Notes: generated from the sequence alone by a model not told the origin. A stretch of 64,000 bases of DNA from an uncultured Bacteroidales bacterium (GCA_963748095.1 CAVVIO010000023.1:42518-106517), one strand, 5' to 3'. Shown: positions 28,881 to 40,488, counted from the stretch's first letter. Made by a program: numbers and translations.

Positions 28881-30377
28881 ATGAGCGAGAAAGTTTATGT
28901 ATTTGACACAACCCTTAGAGACGGAGAGCAGGTACCTGGCTGTCAGTTAAACACAGTTGAAAAAATTGAAGTTGCCAAGGCTCTCGAGTTACTAGGAGTT
29001 GATATAATTGAAGCAGGATTTCCTATTTCCAGCCCTGGCGATTTCAAATCGGTGGAAGAAATATCCAAAGCAGTAAAAAACCCGGTAATATGTGCACTAA
29101 CCAGGGCAGTGCAAAAAGACATTGATGTTGCTTCTGACTCGCTCAAATATGCAAAGCGAAAAAGGATTCACACAGGTATAGGGACTTCCTATTATCATAT
29201 TCATTATAAATTGAATTCTAATCCCGATGAAATACTTGAACGTGCGGTAGAAGCAGTAAAATATGCAAAAAAATACGTGGAAGATGTGGAGTTTTATGCT
29301 GAAGATGCGGGAAGGTCCGAGAATGAATACCTTGCACGTGTGATAGAGGCAGTAATAGCTGCCGGGGCAACAGTTGTAAATATTCCCGACACAACAGGAT
29401 ACTGCTTACCGGAAGAATTCGGTACAAAAATCAGATTTTTGAAAGAAAATGTTAAAAATATCGACAAAGCTGTTATCTCTACTCACTGTCATAATGATCT
29501 GGGAATGGCTACTGCCAATACAATTTCCGGGGTTATTAACGGAGCACGACAGGTTGAAGTTACCATAAACGGTATTGGAGAAAGGGCAGGTAATACATCG
29601 CTGGAAGAGGTAGTGATGATATTAAAAAGCAGGCAGCATCTTGAATTGGATACAGGAATAAATACTAAAAATATTTATAAAACCAGTCGTTTGATTTCAT
29701 CTTTGATGAATATGCCGGTGCAGCCCAATAAAGCTATTGTGGGACGTAATGCATTTGCCCATTCTTCTGGAATCCACCAGGATGGAGTGTTGAAAAACCG
29801 GGAGAATTATGAAATAATCGATCCGGTAGAAGTCGGCGTTAACGAATCGAGCATTGCTCTTACAGCCCGCAGCGGGCGTGCAGCTTTAAAACACCGGTTA
29901 AAAATGTTGGGCTATTCTCTTGATAGCACCAAACTTGATAAGGTTTACCAGCGTTTTCTCGAGCTGGCAGACCGGAAGAAGGATATTCGCGACGAAGACC
30001 TTGATTTACTGATAGGTAACGGTCAGGAAAAACAGGAAAGAAACATTAAACTGGAACATCTCCAGGTGCTTGCAGGTAAATCTACAATACCTATGGCTAC
30101 AGTTACACTGAACATCAACGGAGAATCTTTTACTGCTACTTCTTCCGGTAACGGCCCGGTAGATGCAGCCTTTAGTGCTGTGAAAAGCCTGGTACGTCAC
30201 CAGGTAAAACTCGAGGAATTTCTGGTACAAGCCATCACCCGCGGAAGCGATGATCAGGGAAAAGTACACATCCAGGTTGAGAATAAAGGGAAACTTTTTT
30301 ATGGGTTTTCAGGAAATACAGATATTATCACAGCTTCAGTAGAAGCATTTATTGACGCAATAAATCGTATTGTTTAA
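28881..30377 (+). CDS. leuA: 2-isopropylmalate synthase
   Basis: 'DTTLRDGEQ', '[12 protein letters not shown]', and a C-terminal LeuA dimerisation/regulatory domain. Confidence 0.92.
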   Translation: MSEKVYVFDTTLRDGEQVPGCQLNTVEKIEVAKALELLGVDIIEAGFPISSPGDFKSVEEISKAVKNPVICALTRAVQKDIDVASDSLKYAKRKRIHTGIGTSYYHIHYKLNSNPDEILERAVEAVKYAKKYVEDVEFYAEDAGRSENEYLARVIEAVIAAGATVVNIPDTTGYCLPEEFGTKIRFLKENVKNIDKAVISTHCHNDLGMATANTISGVINGARQVEVTINGIGERAGNTSLEEVVMILKSRQHLELDTGINTKNIYKTSRLISSLMNMPVQPNKAIVGRNAFAHSSGIHQDGVLKNRENYEIIDPVEVGVNESSIALTARSGRAALKHRLKMLGYSLDSTKLDKVYQRFLELADRKKDIRDEDLDLLIGNGQEKQERNIKLEHLQVLAGKSTIPMATVTLNINGESFTATSSGNGPVDAAFSAVKSLVRHQVKLEEFLVQAITRGSDDQGKVHIQVENKGKLFYGFSGNTDIITASVEAFIDAINRIV

Positions 30378-30396
30378 TTTTTAAAATTATATAACC

Positions 30397-31797
30397 TTGG
30401 GAAAAACATTATTTGATAAAATTTGGGATGCTCATGTAGTATCCGAAATAGAAGGTGGTCCGAGTGTTTTTTATATCGACAGGCATTTGATACACGAAGT
30501 TACCAGCCCGCAAGCATTTGCAGGCCTGGATAAAAGGGGGATAAAAGTTTTCCGCCCGCAAAATACAGTTGCCACACCCGACCATAATGTGCCAACGATT
30601 ATGCAACATTTACCAATTAAGGATATGTTGTCGCGCACACAGGTTAACAAGCTTTCGGAAAACACCAAAAACCATGGAATCCAATTATATGGACTGAATC
30701 ACCCGTTTCAGGGCATTGTACATGTTATCGGGCCTGAGTTGGGACTAACACAGCCGGGGATGACCATTGTCTGTGGCGACAGCCATACTTCCACACATGG
30801 GGCATTTGGAAGCGTTGCTTTCGGTATTGGCACCAGTGAAGTGGAAATGGTACTGGCCACGCAATGTATCATGCAGCCAAAGCCAAAGCGAATGCGGATT
30901 AACATTGATGGTGTACTCGGGAAAGGTGTAACGGCAAAAGACATCATCCTATTTATAATTTCAAAAATTTCGACCAGCGGTGGCACGGGATATTTCATAG
31001 AATATGCGGGGTCGGCCATACGCAGTCTGAGTATGGAAGGTCGTATGACCATCTGTAATATGAGTATTGAAATGGGCGCCAGGGGTGGTTTAATAGCCCC
31101 CGATGAAACAACCTTTGCATATGTAAAAGGAAGGGAATTTGCTCCAAAAGGTGAAGAATGGGATAAAAAGCTTGCTTATTGGCAAACTCTTTATTCGGAT
31201 GAGGATGCGGTATTCGATCGTGAGCTGACATATAGCGCTGCCGATATAGAACCAATGATAACTTACGGAACAAATCCGGGAATGGGTGTTGGAATAACCG
31301 GTAAAATACCAGAAGTGAGTAATTTACCTGAAAGTGAAAAACCAAGTTTTGAAAAGTCGCTCCGGTATATGGACTTTGAGGCCGGTTCAGCAATGAAAGA
31401 CAAAAAAGTGGATTACGTATTTGTAGGTAGTTGCACAAACGGCAGGATCGAAGACCTCAGGGCTTTTACATCTTTTGTGAAAGGGAAAAAGAAAGCAGAT
31501 AATATTACTGTCTGGATTGTTCCCGGGTCAAAACAGGTGGAAAAGCAGGCGATAGCTGAAGGCCTTGATAAAATTCTGTCAGAAGCCGGATTTGAATTAC
31601 GCCAGCCGGGATGTTCTGCTTGTCTTGCTATGAACGATGATAAGATCCCGGAAGGAAAATATGCCGTTTCTACATCGAACCGTAATTTTGAAGGCCGACA
31701 GGGGCCCGGAGCACGAACGATGCTGGCAAGTCCTTTAACAGCAGCAGCAGCAGCGCTTACCGGAAGAGTTACCGATCCCAGGGAGTTGATAGGATGA
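30397..31797 (+). CDS. leuC: 3-isopropylmalate dehydratase large subunit
   Basis: Aconitase-type Cys motifs 'VCGDSHT', 'VGSCTNGR' and 'GCSACLAMN'. TTG start in the ORF track. Confidence 0.95.
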   Translation: MGKTLFDKIWDAHVVSEIEGGPSVFYIDRHLIHEVTSPQAFAGLDKRGIKVFRPQNTVATPDHNVPTIMQHLPIKDMLSRTQVNKLSENTKNHGIQLYGLNHPFQGIVHVIGPELGLTQPGMTIVCGDSHTSTHGAFGSVAFGIGTSEVEMVLATQCIMQPKPKRMRINIDGVLGKGVTAKDIILFIISKISTSGGTGYFIEYAGSAIRSLSMEGRMTICNMSIEMGARGGLIAPDETTFAYVKGREFAPKGEEWDKKLAYWQTLYSDEDAVFDRELTYSAADIEPMITYGTNPGMGVGITGKIPEVSNLPESEKPSFEKSLRYMDFEAGSAMKDKKVDYVFVGSCTNGRIEDLRAFTSFVKGKKKADNITVWIVPGSKQVEKQAIAEGLDKILSEAGFELRQPGCSACLAMNDDKIPEGKYAVSTSNRNFEGRQGPGARTMLASPLTAAAAALTGRVTDPRELIG

Positions 31798-31851
31798 TTA
31801 CAGGACGGTTTGTAGAATTATATTAACGAACAATTAAAAAATATTCAAAAC

Positions 31852-32445
31852 ATGGCAATAGATAAATTTTCAACATTGCGTTCGACATGTGTTCCCGTGC
31901 CGGTAGAAAATGTGGATACCGATCAGATTATTCCGGCAAGGTTTTTAAAAGCAACCACACGGGATGGTTTTGGTGATAACCTTTTCAGGGATTGGCGTTA
32001 CGACAAGAATGATAAACCCAAAGAGGATTTTGTATTGAATCAATCGAACTATTCGGGTAAAATACTTGTTGGTGGTAAAAATTTCGGGAGCGGTTCAAGT
32101 CGCGAACATGCAGCCTGGGCAATATACGATTATGGATTTAAAGTAGTTGTGTCCAGTTTTTTTGCAGATATATTTAAAAACAATGCACTGAATAACGGAC
32201 TTTTACCGGTGCAGGTAACAGAAGATTTTCTGGCACATTTGTTCCGTGAAGTAGAAAAGGATCCGAAAACAGAGGTGGAAGTTAACCTTGAAAAACAGGA
32301 GATTGTCATCTTATCCACCGGAGAAAAACAAACATTCGATATCAATTCTTATAAAAAAGAGTGCCTGTTGAATGGCTACGATGATATCGACTATTTATTA
32401 AATATAAAAGATAAGATTAAAGAGTTCGAAAAGAGCCGGCTATAA
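31852..32445 (+). CDS. leuD: 3-isopropylmalate dehydratase small subunit
   Basis: '[16 protein letters not shown]' swivel-domain motif. Confidence 0.95.
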   Translation: MAIDKFSTLRSTCVPVPVENVDTDQIIPARFLKATTRDGFGDNLFRDWRYDKNDKPKEDFVLNQSNYSGKILVGGKNFGSGSSREHAAWAIYDYGFKVVVSSFFADIFKNNALNNGLLPVQVTEDFLAHLFREVEKDPKTEVEVNLEKQEIVILSTGEKQTFDINSYKKECLLNGYDDIDYLLNIKDKIKEFEKSRL

Positions 32446-32458
32446 AAATCAGTAACAG

Positions 32459-33976
32459 ATGAAAATCACAATCATGGATACCACCCTCAGGGATGGTGAA
32501 CAAACCTCTGGCGTATCTTTTTCCGAAGAAGAGAAACTTAGCATCTCAAGACTTCTGCTTGAGGAACTTAAAGTGGACCGGATAGAAGTGGCATCGGCAA
32601 GGGTATCAAAAGGGGAATATGAAGCTGTAAGAAAAATTTCGGAATGGGCCGACCGGCATAATATGCTGGATAGAATTGAGGTTTTGGGATTCGTTGATGA
32701 GAATACGTCTGTTGATTGGATTACAGAGGCGGGTTGCAAAGTAATGAACCTGCTTACTAAAGGGTCATTGAAACATGTTTGCAAACAGTTGCGAAAAACT
32801 CCCGAAGAGCACATTGCTGATATCAGGAAGGTTGTAAATTATGCCACAGAAAAGGGAGTAAGGGTGAATATATATCTGGAAGATTGGTCGAACGGTATGC
32901 GCAATTCAAAAGAATATGTATTTCAGATGATCGATGCTTTGCAACATGAAAATATCGACCGGTTTATGCTCCCCGATACACTCGGTATATTAAACCCGGA
33001 TGAGACATTTACATTTTGTGACGAAATGCTGAAAAAGTACCCGGAGGTGAATTTCGACTTTCATTCACATAATGATTATGATCTTGCTTCGGCAAATGTT
33101 TATGCTGCCCTTAAAGCGGGAATATCCTGTTTTCATACTACAGTTAACGGACTGGGTGAAAGAGCGGGGAATGTTCCTTTATCAAGTGTTATTGCCATTG
33201 TGAAAGATCATTTCAATCACAGCATGTCTGTTGATGAATCAAGACTGACGCTTATAAGTAAGATGGTGGAATCTTTTTCAGGGATCCGGATACCCCCCAA
33301 CAAACCATTAATAGGGGATAATGTTTTTACCCAGACAAGTGGTGTTCATGCCGATGGGGATAACAAAAATAATTTATATTTTAACGACCTGTTACCCGAA
33401 CGTTTCGGCCGAAAACGGTCATATGCTCTGGGCAAAACATCTGGGAAAGCCAATATTAAAAAGAACCTGGAAGAGATGGGAATTGAACTGGATACGGAAT
33501 CCATGAAAAAGGTTACCCAACGGATCATTGAACTGGGGGATAAGAAGGAAACTGTTACCAAGGAAGATCTTCCATTTATCATTTCCGATGTACTGAAAAG
33601 TAAATCGATCAATGAAAAAATTCAGATCATGAATTATTCCCTGTCAATGGCAAACGGATTAAAACCGGTGGCAACATTAAAAATTAAAATTGATAAAAAG
33701 GAATACGAAGAATCTTCAGTAGGTGACGGGCAATACGATGCTTTCATGAAAGCCTTGCGTAAAATTTATAAAAAGTTGAATAGAAGCCTTCCAAGGTTGC
33801 TCGATTACTCTGTTACCATCCCTCCGGGTGGAAAAACCGATGCATTGGTACAGACCCATATTACCTGGAAAGCGGACAGGGAATTTAAAACCAGGGGGCT
33901 CGATCCCGACCAGACATCCGCTGCTATCAAAGCAACACTGAAAATGCTGAACATCATTGAAAATAACCATTTATAA
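32459..33976 (+). CDS. LeuA paralogue, citramalate-synthase-like (substrate not determinable from sequence)
   Basis: '[11 protein letters not shown]' and 'HSHNDYDLASAN', with a C-terminal LeuA_dimer-like region. Sits between leuD and leuB. Confidence 0.6.
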   Translation: MKITIMDTTLRDGEQTSGVSFSEEEKLSISRLLLEELKVDRIEVASARVSKGEYEAVRKISEWADRHNMLDRIEVLGFVDENTSVDWITEAGCKVMNLLTKGSLKHVCKQLRKTPEEHIADIRKVVNYATEKGVRVNIYLEDWSNGMRNSKEYVFQMIDALQHENIDRFMLPDTLGILNPDETFTFCDEMLKKYPEVNFDFHSHNDYDLASANVYAALKAGISCFHTTVNGLGERAGNVPLSSVIAIVKDHFNHSMSVDESRLTLISKMVESFSGIRIPPNKPLIGDNVFTQTSGVHADGDNKNNLYFNDLLPERFGRKRSYALGKTSGKANIKKNLEEMGIELDTESMKKVTQRIIELGDKKETVTKEDLPFIISDVLKSKSINEKIQIMNYSLSMANGLKPVATLKIKIDKKEYEESSVGDGQYDAFMKALRKIYKKLNRSLPRLLDYSVTIPPGGKTDALVQTHITWKADREFKTRGLDPDQTSAAIKATLKMLNIIENNHL

Positions 33977-33988
33977 TAATACATATTT

Positions 33989-35056
33989 ATGAATTTTAAC
34001 ATTGCAACACTTCCGGGCGACGGTATCGGACCGGAAATAGTAGATCAGGCTGTAAAAGTTTTAAAAGCAATCAGCGAAAGGTTCAATCACCAGTTTATAT
34101 TTAAAAATGCTTTAGTAGGTGCAGTAGCGATCGACAAAACCGGGAACCCATTTCCAGACGAAACTTTTGAAATTTGCATGAATTCCGATGCTGTACTATT
34201 TGGGGCTATTGGTGATCCGAAATACGATAATGACCCGAAAGCAAAAGTAAGACCCGAGCAGGGATTGCTGGCCATGCGCAAAAAACTGGGGCTATATGCC
34301 AATATACGTCCGGTAACAACTTTCAAATCTTTAATTCATAAATCACCCCTCAAAACCGAGCTGGTCGATGGAGTAGATTTTATGTGTATCCGCGAACTTA
34401 CAGGGGGAATTTACTTCGGAGAACCCAGGGGAAGGTCGGAAGATGGGAATACAGCTTATGATACAAATATTTATACAAAAGAAGAAATTGTAAGGGTAAC
34501 CAAACTGGCTTTCGAATATGCCGGGAAAAGAAATAAAAAACTAACCGCCGTCGACAAGGCAAATGTATTGGCAACATCACGTTTATGGCGCGAGACTATT
34601 CAGGATATGGCTGCGGATTACCCGGATATTGAACTTGAATTCATGTTTGTGGACAATGCTGCCATGCAGATCATTCAGTGGCCAAAACGTTTTGATGTGA
34701 TGGTAACCGAGAATATGTTCGGAGATATCCTTACCGATGAAGCAAGTGTGATTACTGGCTCATTGGGAATGTTGCCTTCCGCATCCGTTGGTATCCATAC
34801 CTCTGTATTTGAACCTATTCATGGTTCTTATCCGCAGGCTGCAGGAAAAAATATTGCCAATCCGCTGGCTACAGTGCTTTCGGCGGCTATGTTACTGGAA
34901 TATGCTTTGAACCTTCCAAAAGAAGCAAATGCCATTCGTGCTGCAGTTGATGCTTCGTTGGCAGCCGAAGTGGTTACTGAAGATATTACAACAGGTAAGG
35001 CTTATAAAACCACTGAAGTGGGTGACTGGCTTGCAAATTATATATTGAAAGCTTAA
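33989..35056 (+). CDS. leuB: 3-isopropylmalate dehydrogenase
   Basis: 'LPGDGIGPE' and '[26 protein letters not shown]'. Confidence 0.95.
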   Translation: MNFNIATLPGDGIGPEIVDQAVKVLKAISERFNHQFIFKNALVGAVAIDKTGNPFPDETFEICMNSDAVLFGAIGDPKYDNDPKAKVRPEQGLLAMRKKLGLYANIRPVTTFKSLIHKSPLKTELVDGVDFMCIRELTGGIYFGEPRGRSEDGNTAYDTNIYTKEEIVRVTKLAFEYAGKRNKKLTAVDKANVLATSRLWRETIQDMAADYPDIELEFMFVDNAAMQIIQWPKRFDVMVTENMFGDILTDEASVITGSLGMLPSASVGIHTSVFEPIHGSYPQAAGKNIANPLATVLSAAMLLEYALNLPKEANAIRAAVDASLAAEVVTEDITTGKAYKTTEVGDWLANYILKA

Positions 35057-35096
35057 AAATTTCCCAAAATAAGTTTGGCAAAAGCTAAGAAAATTT

Positions 35097-35130
35097 ACCT
35101 GACGAGTTTTAATGCTTGTCAGGTTTTTAT
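35097..35130. terminator. Terminator between convergent leuB and the CoA-binding gene
   Basis: Stem acctgac / gtcaggt followed by tttttattttt. aaaattt lies on the other side. Confidence 0.55.
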
Positions 35131-35148
35131 TTTTCATAAGGGACACAA

Positions 35149-35601
35149 TTATTTGGGTAACATCCCAAATATTTTCAGAAGAGTACGGTGAAAATTATGA
35201 AATCCTGCTACAGGTTCGGCAAACATGAAAATACATTTTTTCATAATTGGCTCAACCTGGAATTCTTCTGCAATTTTTATAGTATCTTCTGTTTCTGACA
35301 TTTGTTGTACCCAGATTTGTGTAATTCCTTTGTTAATGGCCTCTCGTAGTGTCTTGTCTGTCTGTGATTTCGGGGTTAAGATAAGCAGATGTTTTACATG
35401 AGAAGGGAGTGAAGAGACATCATTATAACACTTGTTCCCGTTTATAGAATCGATATTCGGATTTATAGGATACAACTCGTAGCCTTTATTATTTAATTCT
35501 TCATAAACTTTATAACCGAATTTATCAGGATTCCTTGAAACTCCTGCAATAGCCATCTTTTTTTGGGCTAAAAAATTCTGAATAACCTCTTTGGTAACCA
35601 T
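35149..35601 (-). CDS. CoA-binding domain protein (YccU/YneT-like)
   Basis: 'MAIAGVSRNPDKFGYKVY...GYELYPINP' is the CoA_binding_2 pattern. Confidence 0.75.
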   Translation of the reverse strand: MVTKEVIQNFLAQKKMAIAGVSRNPDKFGYKVYEELNNKGYELYPINPNIDSINGNKCYNDVSSLPSHVKHLLILTPKSQTDKTLREAINKGITQIWVQQMSETEDTIKIAEEFQVEPIMKKCIFMFAEPVAGFHNFHRTLLKIFGMLPK

Positions 35602-35717
35602 CTCTTGTTTTTTTAGTAAAATTAAAATAAATAATTTGACAAATAAATACTAACTCGTTTATTAATATTTCCATGAAAGATTCGTTTATTTGTTATCTTA
35701 TCAATTAAGATTTTTAT

Positions 35718-36182
35718 ATGAAGTTGACGAAAATATACGGATTATTTCTAATAGCCATTGTTCCACTATTATTAACAGGATGTGGTGAATTTGAGGATAT
35801 ACAGATAGGTGATATCACCAGTGCTAAATTTGCCGGTTTTATTGATAACAGTCTTGCTTTCAATGTGGATATTCCGGTAACGAATCCTACCGGACTTACA
35901 TTTAAAATAAAGGAAGTTAATTTAAAGACTACGGTTAACGGGGATTACCTGGGGAAAATTTTAAGTGATGAAGTGGTTAGGATACCAGCCAGGTCGGATG
36001 AAACGCAGCATTTTCTGGTAAAAGTGCATTTGGCAAATATTTTCAGAGGGGCAACAGCGTTTAATCAGTTTTCAAAACATCAACGGCTTACTGTTGAAGT
36101 CGAAGGATATGTTAAGGTTCATTCATTGATTATGACCCGGAAAATTGTAATCCATGAAACAAGAGAGATTAATGGAATGTGA
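35718..36182 (+). CDS. LEA type-2 (LEA14-like) lipoprotein
   Basis: Lipobox 'LLLTGCGE'. 'LAFNVDIPVTNPTGLTFKIKEVNLKTTVNG' resembles the LEA_2 fold pattern. Confidence 0.5.
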   Translation: MKLTKIYGLFLIAIVPLLLTGCGEFEDIQIGDITSAKFAGFIDNSLAFNVDIPVTNPTGLTFKIKEVNLKTTVNGDYLGKILSDEVVRIPARSDETQHFLVKVHLANIFRGATAFNQFSKHQRLTVEVEGYVKVHSLIMTRKIVIHETREINGM

Positions 36183-36245
36183 AAACTATTGGAAATTTGG
36201 AAAAGATTTTTTAAAAATGTTTAATTTTGCGACCTAAGTAACATC

Positions 36246-36671
36246 ATGAAAAACAGACATATTTTCTCACGAATTTTCTTGCTGGTTTTTCTTTTGTTTG
36301 GAATGTTAAATACTTTTGGACAAAATCAGCAGGATATTTTTTCGAAGCTTCAGGCAAATCAGCCGGGTTCTGGTCAGGTAAGGATTATTCAAAACGCGAA
36401 CATTACTTCACTGGTTAAGAAACACCTTGAGTTTGAAAGTAAGCAACACGGAATCCCTGGCTACCGGATACTGATTTATTTTGGTTCCGGACTTGAAGGT
36501 CGTGAAAAAGCTTTCAAAATACGTTCAGAGATGGAAGCCAAATTCAATGGCATGAAATGCAAGATTATACACGATGGCGTATTTTACCGGGTATATTTTG
36601 GCAGTTTCCGCACGCAGAGCGAAGCCATTCCTTTCAGGAAAAAGGTGGAAAAAGAATACCGATGCTTATAA
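36246..36671 (+). CDS. SPOR-domain protein
   Basis: Signal peptide. C-terminal 'GYRILIYFGSG...FYRVYFGSFRTQSEA' is a SPOR-like repeat pattern. Confidence 0.65.
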   Translation: MKNRHIFSRIFLLVFLLFGMLNTFGQNQQDIFSKLQANQPGSGQVRIIQNANITSLVKKHLEFESKQHGIPGYRILIYFGSGLEGREKAFKIRSEMEAKFNGMKCKIIHDGVFYRVYFGSFRTQSEAIPFRKKVEKEYRCL

Positions 36672-36730
36672 TGTGCCTGATTTAATCGATTTTTCGGAGT
36701 TAAAGTGAGATTCTATAACAGATTTGAAGA

Positions 36731-38632
36731 ATGAGTGACGAAATAAAGCACGAATGCGGGATAGCCATGGTAAGGCTGTTAAAACCCCTTGTGCACTACC
36801 AGGTTAATTATGGAGATTGGGAATATGGTTTGAAAAAACTATATCTCCTGATGGAGAAACAGCATAACCGTGGCCAGGATGGTGCTGGAATAGTCAGTGT
36901 TAAATTTGATCTGCCTCCGGGTAATGAATATCTGCATCGGGTGCGTTCCGTAAAAGCATCGGCCATAAATGATATTTTCAAAAAAATAAATTCCACTTAT
37001 AAGAAAGTGGAAAGCAAATCGACTTCCCTGATCAAGGATGCGGCATGGGCCAAAAAAAACTTGCCTTTTGCTGGCGAACTGCTCCTGGGACATTTAAGGT
37101 ATGGCACTTACGGTAAGAATAATATTGAAAACGTTCATCCTGTAATGCGCCAAAACAACTGGAGATCGAGAAACCTGGTACTGGCCGGAAACTTTAACAT
37201 GACCAATGTAGAAGAATTATTTCAAATACTGGTGGATCTCGGACAACATCCCCGTGATTTTTCTGATACAGTAACAGTCCTCGAAAATGTAGGCCATTTT
37301 CTCGATACTGAAAATCAACGGGAATTCGATAAGTATAAAAAAATGGGATATTCCAACATGGAGATATCAAATCTGATTTCCGATAATATTTCCGTTGAGA
37401 ATATCCTGCGTGAATCGAGTAAAAAATGGGACGGAGGTTATGTGATTGCCGGAATGATCGGCCATGGCGATGCTTTTGTTCTTCGCGATCCATGGGGGAT
37501 CCGTCCGGCTTATTATTATACGAATGATGAGGTGGCAATAGTAACATCGGAGCGACCTGTAATTCAGACAGTAATGAATGTCAAAGGAGAGGAAGTACAT
37601 GAAATTCCCCCTGGACATGCTATTATCATCAAAAAGAACGGGAATGTTTCCATTAGTAAAATAAGGGAGCCTTATGAACGCCGGTCCTGCTCCTTCGAAC
37701 ATATTTATTTTTCAAGAGGTAGCGATAAAGATATTTACCGTGAAAGGAAAAAACTGGGTGAATTACTTACCCCGCAGATTGTGAAGGCAATCGATAATGA
37801 AATGGAAAATACGGTATTTTCTTTCATTCCAAATACTGCCGAGACAGCTTTTTACGGGATGGTGTCGGGTATGGAATTCCATATGCAGACTGAGGGAAAA
37901 CAAAAAATATTGCAGTTAGGAAAAAACATTACGGAACAGGAAATTGACCAGATTATTTCCTTGAAACCAAGAATTGAAAAAGTAGCAATTAAGGATATTA
38001 AGCTGCGTACATTCATTTCGCAGGATGAAGGAAGGGACGATCTGGTTGGCCATATATACGATGTTTCATATGGTACCATCCAACGGGGTATAGACAACCT
38101 GGTAGTTATAGACGACTCAATTGTTCGTGGGACAACACTTAAATATAGCATTATAAAAATTCTCGATCGGCTGGGCCCCAAGCGAATAGTGATTGTATCT
38201 TCATCACCACAGATCCGTTATCCCGATTGTTATGGCATTGATATGGCCAAACTGGGCGATTTTATTGCCTTCCGGGCGACAATCGAATTGTTGAAGGAAC
38301 GGGGAAAGGAAAACGTTATAAATGAAGTGTACCGTAAATGTAAGGGACAGGAAAAATTACCCAAAGAACAGATCATCAATTTTGTGAAAGAAATATATGC
38401 TCCTTTTACGCCTGAAGAAGTTTCCGATAAAATTGCCCAAATGTTAAAAACAAACGAGGTAAAAGCAGAGGTGAAAATTGTTTACTTATCAATTGATAAC
38501 CTGCATAAAGCCATACCGAATGACCTGGGCGACTGGTATTTTACAGGAGACTATCCTACTCCTGGCGGCAATATGGTAGTGAATCGTTCTTTTATTAATT
38601 TTATTGAAGGCAAAAATAAAAGGGCTTACTAA
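36731..38632 (+). CDS. purF: Amidophosphoribosyltransferase (long Bacteroidota form)
   Basis: Ntn-type 'HECGIAMV' N-terminus, 'HLRYGTYG', and a PRPP loop 'LVVIDDSIVRGTT'. Confidence 0.85.
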   Translation: MSDEIKHECGIAMVRLLKPLVHYQVNYGDWEYGLKKLYLLMEKQHNRGQDGAGIVSVKFDLPPGNEYLHRVRSVKASAINDIFKKINSTYKKVESKSTSLIKDAAWAKKNLPFAGELLLGHLRYGTYGKNNIENVHPVMRQNNWRSRNLVLAGNFNMTNVEELFQILVDLGQHPRDFSDTVTVLENVGHFLDTENQREFDKYKKMGYSNMEISNLISDNISVENILRESSKKWDGGYVIAGMIGHGDAFVLRDPWGIRPAYYYTNDEVAIVTSERPVIQTVMNVKGEEVHEIPPGHAIIIKKNGNVSISKIREPYERRSCSFEHIYFSRGSDKDIYRERKKLGELLTPQIVKAIDNEMENTVFSFIPNTAETAFYGMVSGMEFHMQTEGKQKILQLGKNITEQEIDQIISLKPRIEKVAIKDIKLRTFISQDEGRDDLVGHIYDVSYGTIQRGIDNLVVIDDSIVRGTTLKYSIIKILDRLGPKRIVIVSSSPQIRYPDCYGIDMAKLGDFIAFRATIELLKERGKENVINEVYRKCKGQEKLPKEQIINFVKEIYAPFTPEEVSDKIAQMLKTNEVKAEVKIVYLSIDNLHKAIPNDLGDWYFTGDYPTPGGNMVVNRSFINFIEGKNKRAY

Positions 38633-39573
38633 TTTCTGAATTTTGAGTTGGGTTTATAGGATTTGAAATGCCGTTCCACTTTCGATTCGTACATGTCTTT
38701 AATAGTGATCATGATAGCTGTCTCTTCCACTCCTCCGAAATGGTTATTTAAAACAGTTCCAAAAGTCTTTAAAGTAGCCGACAAATTTATATAGGCATTG
38801 ATAAGGGGCGGAATTACCTCACCATTATCGCGTACTTTATGCGACAGTATTTTATAATCATCCTGGTAAGTCTTTCCGTTCAATATTTTTTTTAGTTTTT
38901 CCTTGTCCATGCCGGTCTTTAAAGGTTCTACCGGAATTACAAGTTTGCTGTCGTCGGCAAAGTGTTTTTCGAGAAAGTAAAGGATAAGATTACGGGCATC
39001 GGTGTTATAGTCGGTATACATGGTTACTTTACCGAAAAAATATTTCATTTGCTGGTTATTCATCCAAATGGCCCCAAGACCGTCCCATAAATTATCAAGA
39101 GCATATAAGCCTTTACTGTTCCTGTTAGTATTCTGATAAGCTGGCTGTACAAACGAACGACCTAATTCAATAATATAAGGCAGGTAATCTTTTTTAAATT
39201 TTTCGGTAAATTGAAATAATCGGGATGTGGCCATATTCAGATGTTCATCATCAACTTCGGTTCCCTGACTGCACATATAGTAACGATATCCACCAAGGAT
39301 CTCTTTACGAGACGGATCCCATACGATAAGTTGTTTGTAAGGATCATCACTGGTGTCGAAACTGTCAATATCTATTTCTTTACCTGTACCACCTCCGGCA
39401 GCCCTGAAAGACAATTCCCTTAATCGGCCAATTTCCAGCAACACATTTGGTGCATTCTGATGGGTGATCACATAAAGTTCATTATTGCCGTTATTGGTAT
39501 ACCGGAGAAATTTATCTTCCGTTAATTCCTTTTCAATTAAATCTCTGTCAATAGGTGGAATTATAGCTTTCAT
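38629..39573 (-). CDS. GNAT-type N-acyltransferase (OlsB/GlsB-like, 'hemolysin' family)
   Basis: 'LRELSFRAAGGGTGKEIDIDSFD' resembles the OlsB-like N-acyltransferase core. Paired with the PlsC-like gene upstream. Confidence 0.65.
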   Translation of the reverse strand: MKAIIPPIDRDLIEKELTEDKFLRYTNNGNNELYVITHQNAPNVLLEIGRLRELSFRAAGGGTGKEIDIDSFDTSDDPYKQLIVWDPSRKEILGGYRYYMCSQGTEVDDEHLNMATSRLFQFTEKFKKDYLPYIIELGRSFVQPAYQNTNRNSKGLYALDNLWDGLGAIWMNNQQMKYFFGKVTMYTDYNTDARNLILYFLEKHFADDSKLVIPVEPLKTGMDKEKLKKILNGKTYQDDYKILSHKVRDNGEVIPPLINAYINLSATLKTFGTVLNNHFGGVEETAIMITIKDMYESKVERHFKSYKPNSKFRN

Positions 39574-39636
39574 ACGCTTTTTTAAAATAGGAAAACAAAT
39601 TTAGAAAATTATTTAGTATTAATAAGCTTTTTCAAA

Positions 39637-40488
39637 TCAAAGGGGAATATTTTTAATCCCTGCCATTGCATATGCTTTTTCTTTAACAAATTTAGCCCAT
39701 GATCTGTAATCTTTCGATTTATCAAAGGTTTGCCAGGGGATGGGTTTACCAAAGGAAACTTCAATGGTTTTATTCTGGTGTTTATATGTTTCATCAACAA
39801 GATATAGCATTTCAATGTTCGATTTAATACCTAAAAACTTTCGGAGATTAGCCAGTCTGTAAAAGAAATTGGTGTTCCGTCCACTCATATGAACAGGTAT
39901 CACATCACGTTTATACTGGATGGCTTTGGCAATAAAACTCTTTTTCCATTCCAGGTCAATGATCTGCCCTTTGATTCTACGGGATACCAGGCCGGCTGGA
40001 CAGGTAATGATCTGCATGTCTGACTGAAATGCCTCCTCCATCATCACGGCAGCATCTGCAGCTTGTTTGCCGTGTTTGTTTATGGGAATAAATAATCCTT
40101 TAATTGTACTGATATTCATCAAAAGATCATTTACAAGATACCTGAAATTCTTATAATATTTACCAACTATATGCATCAGTACAATGCCGTCGAGACCTCC
40201 CCAGGGATGATTGGCAGCAAATATGTACCTTCCTGTTCGCGGAATATTTTCTTCTCCTTTGAGTACAACTTTTATATTAAAATACTTAACGGAGGCATCA
40301 ATGAATTCGATATCAAGCTTATCTCCGTAATTTTTCAGAATTTCATTCAGAAAATCCTGGTGTACAATTCTTTTCAGGTAAGCAAATATGAAACCCGGTA
40401 TCATTCTTGCCAGTCTGGGATTTTTACTCTTAAAAATCGTTTTGATATCAATAGGCTTTATGCTTTCGGAAGATGTAACCCGCCCCAT
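39637..40488 (-). CDS. Lysophospholipid/PlsC-family O-acyltransferase (OlsA/GlsA-like)
   Basis: HX4D motif 'NHPWGGLD', 'CPAGLVSR'. Confidence 0.7.
   Translation of the reverse strand: MGRVTSSESIKPIDIKTIFKSKNPRLARMIPGFIFAYLKRIVHQDFLNEILKNYGDKLDIEFIDASVKYFNIKVVLKGEENIPRTGRYIFAANHPWGGLDGIVLMHIVGKYYKNFRYLVNDLLMNISTIKGLFIPINKHGKQAADAAVMMEEAFQSDMQIITCPAGLVSRRIKGQIIDLEWKKSFIAKAIQYKRDVIPVHMSGRNTNFFYRLANLRKFLGIKSNIEMLYLVDETYKHQNKTIEVSFGKPIPWQTFDKSKDYRSWAKFVKEKAYAMAGIKNIPL

Noticed and set aside
35718-36671. LEA_2 lipoprotein plus SPOR protein as a functional pair or novel envelope system
   Set aside because: The only evidence is adjacency on the same strand with a 63-nt gap. Both are common standalone envelope proteins, and nothing in the sequence links them.
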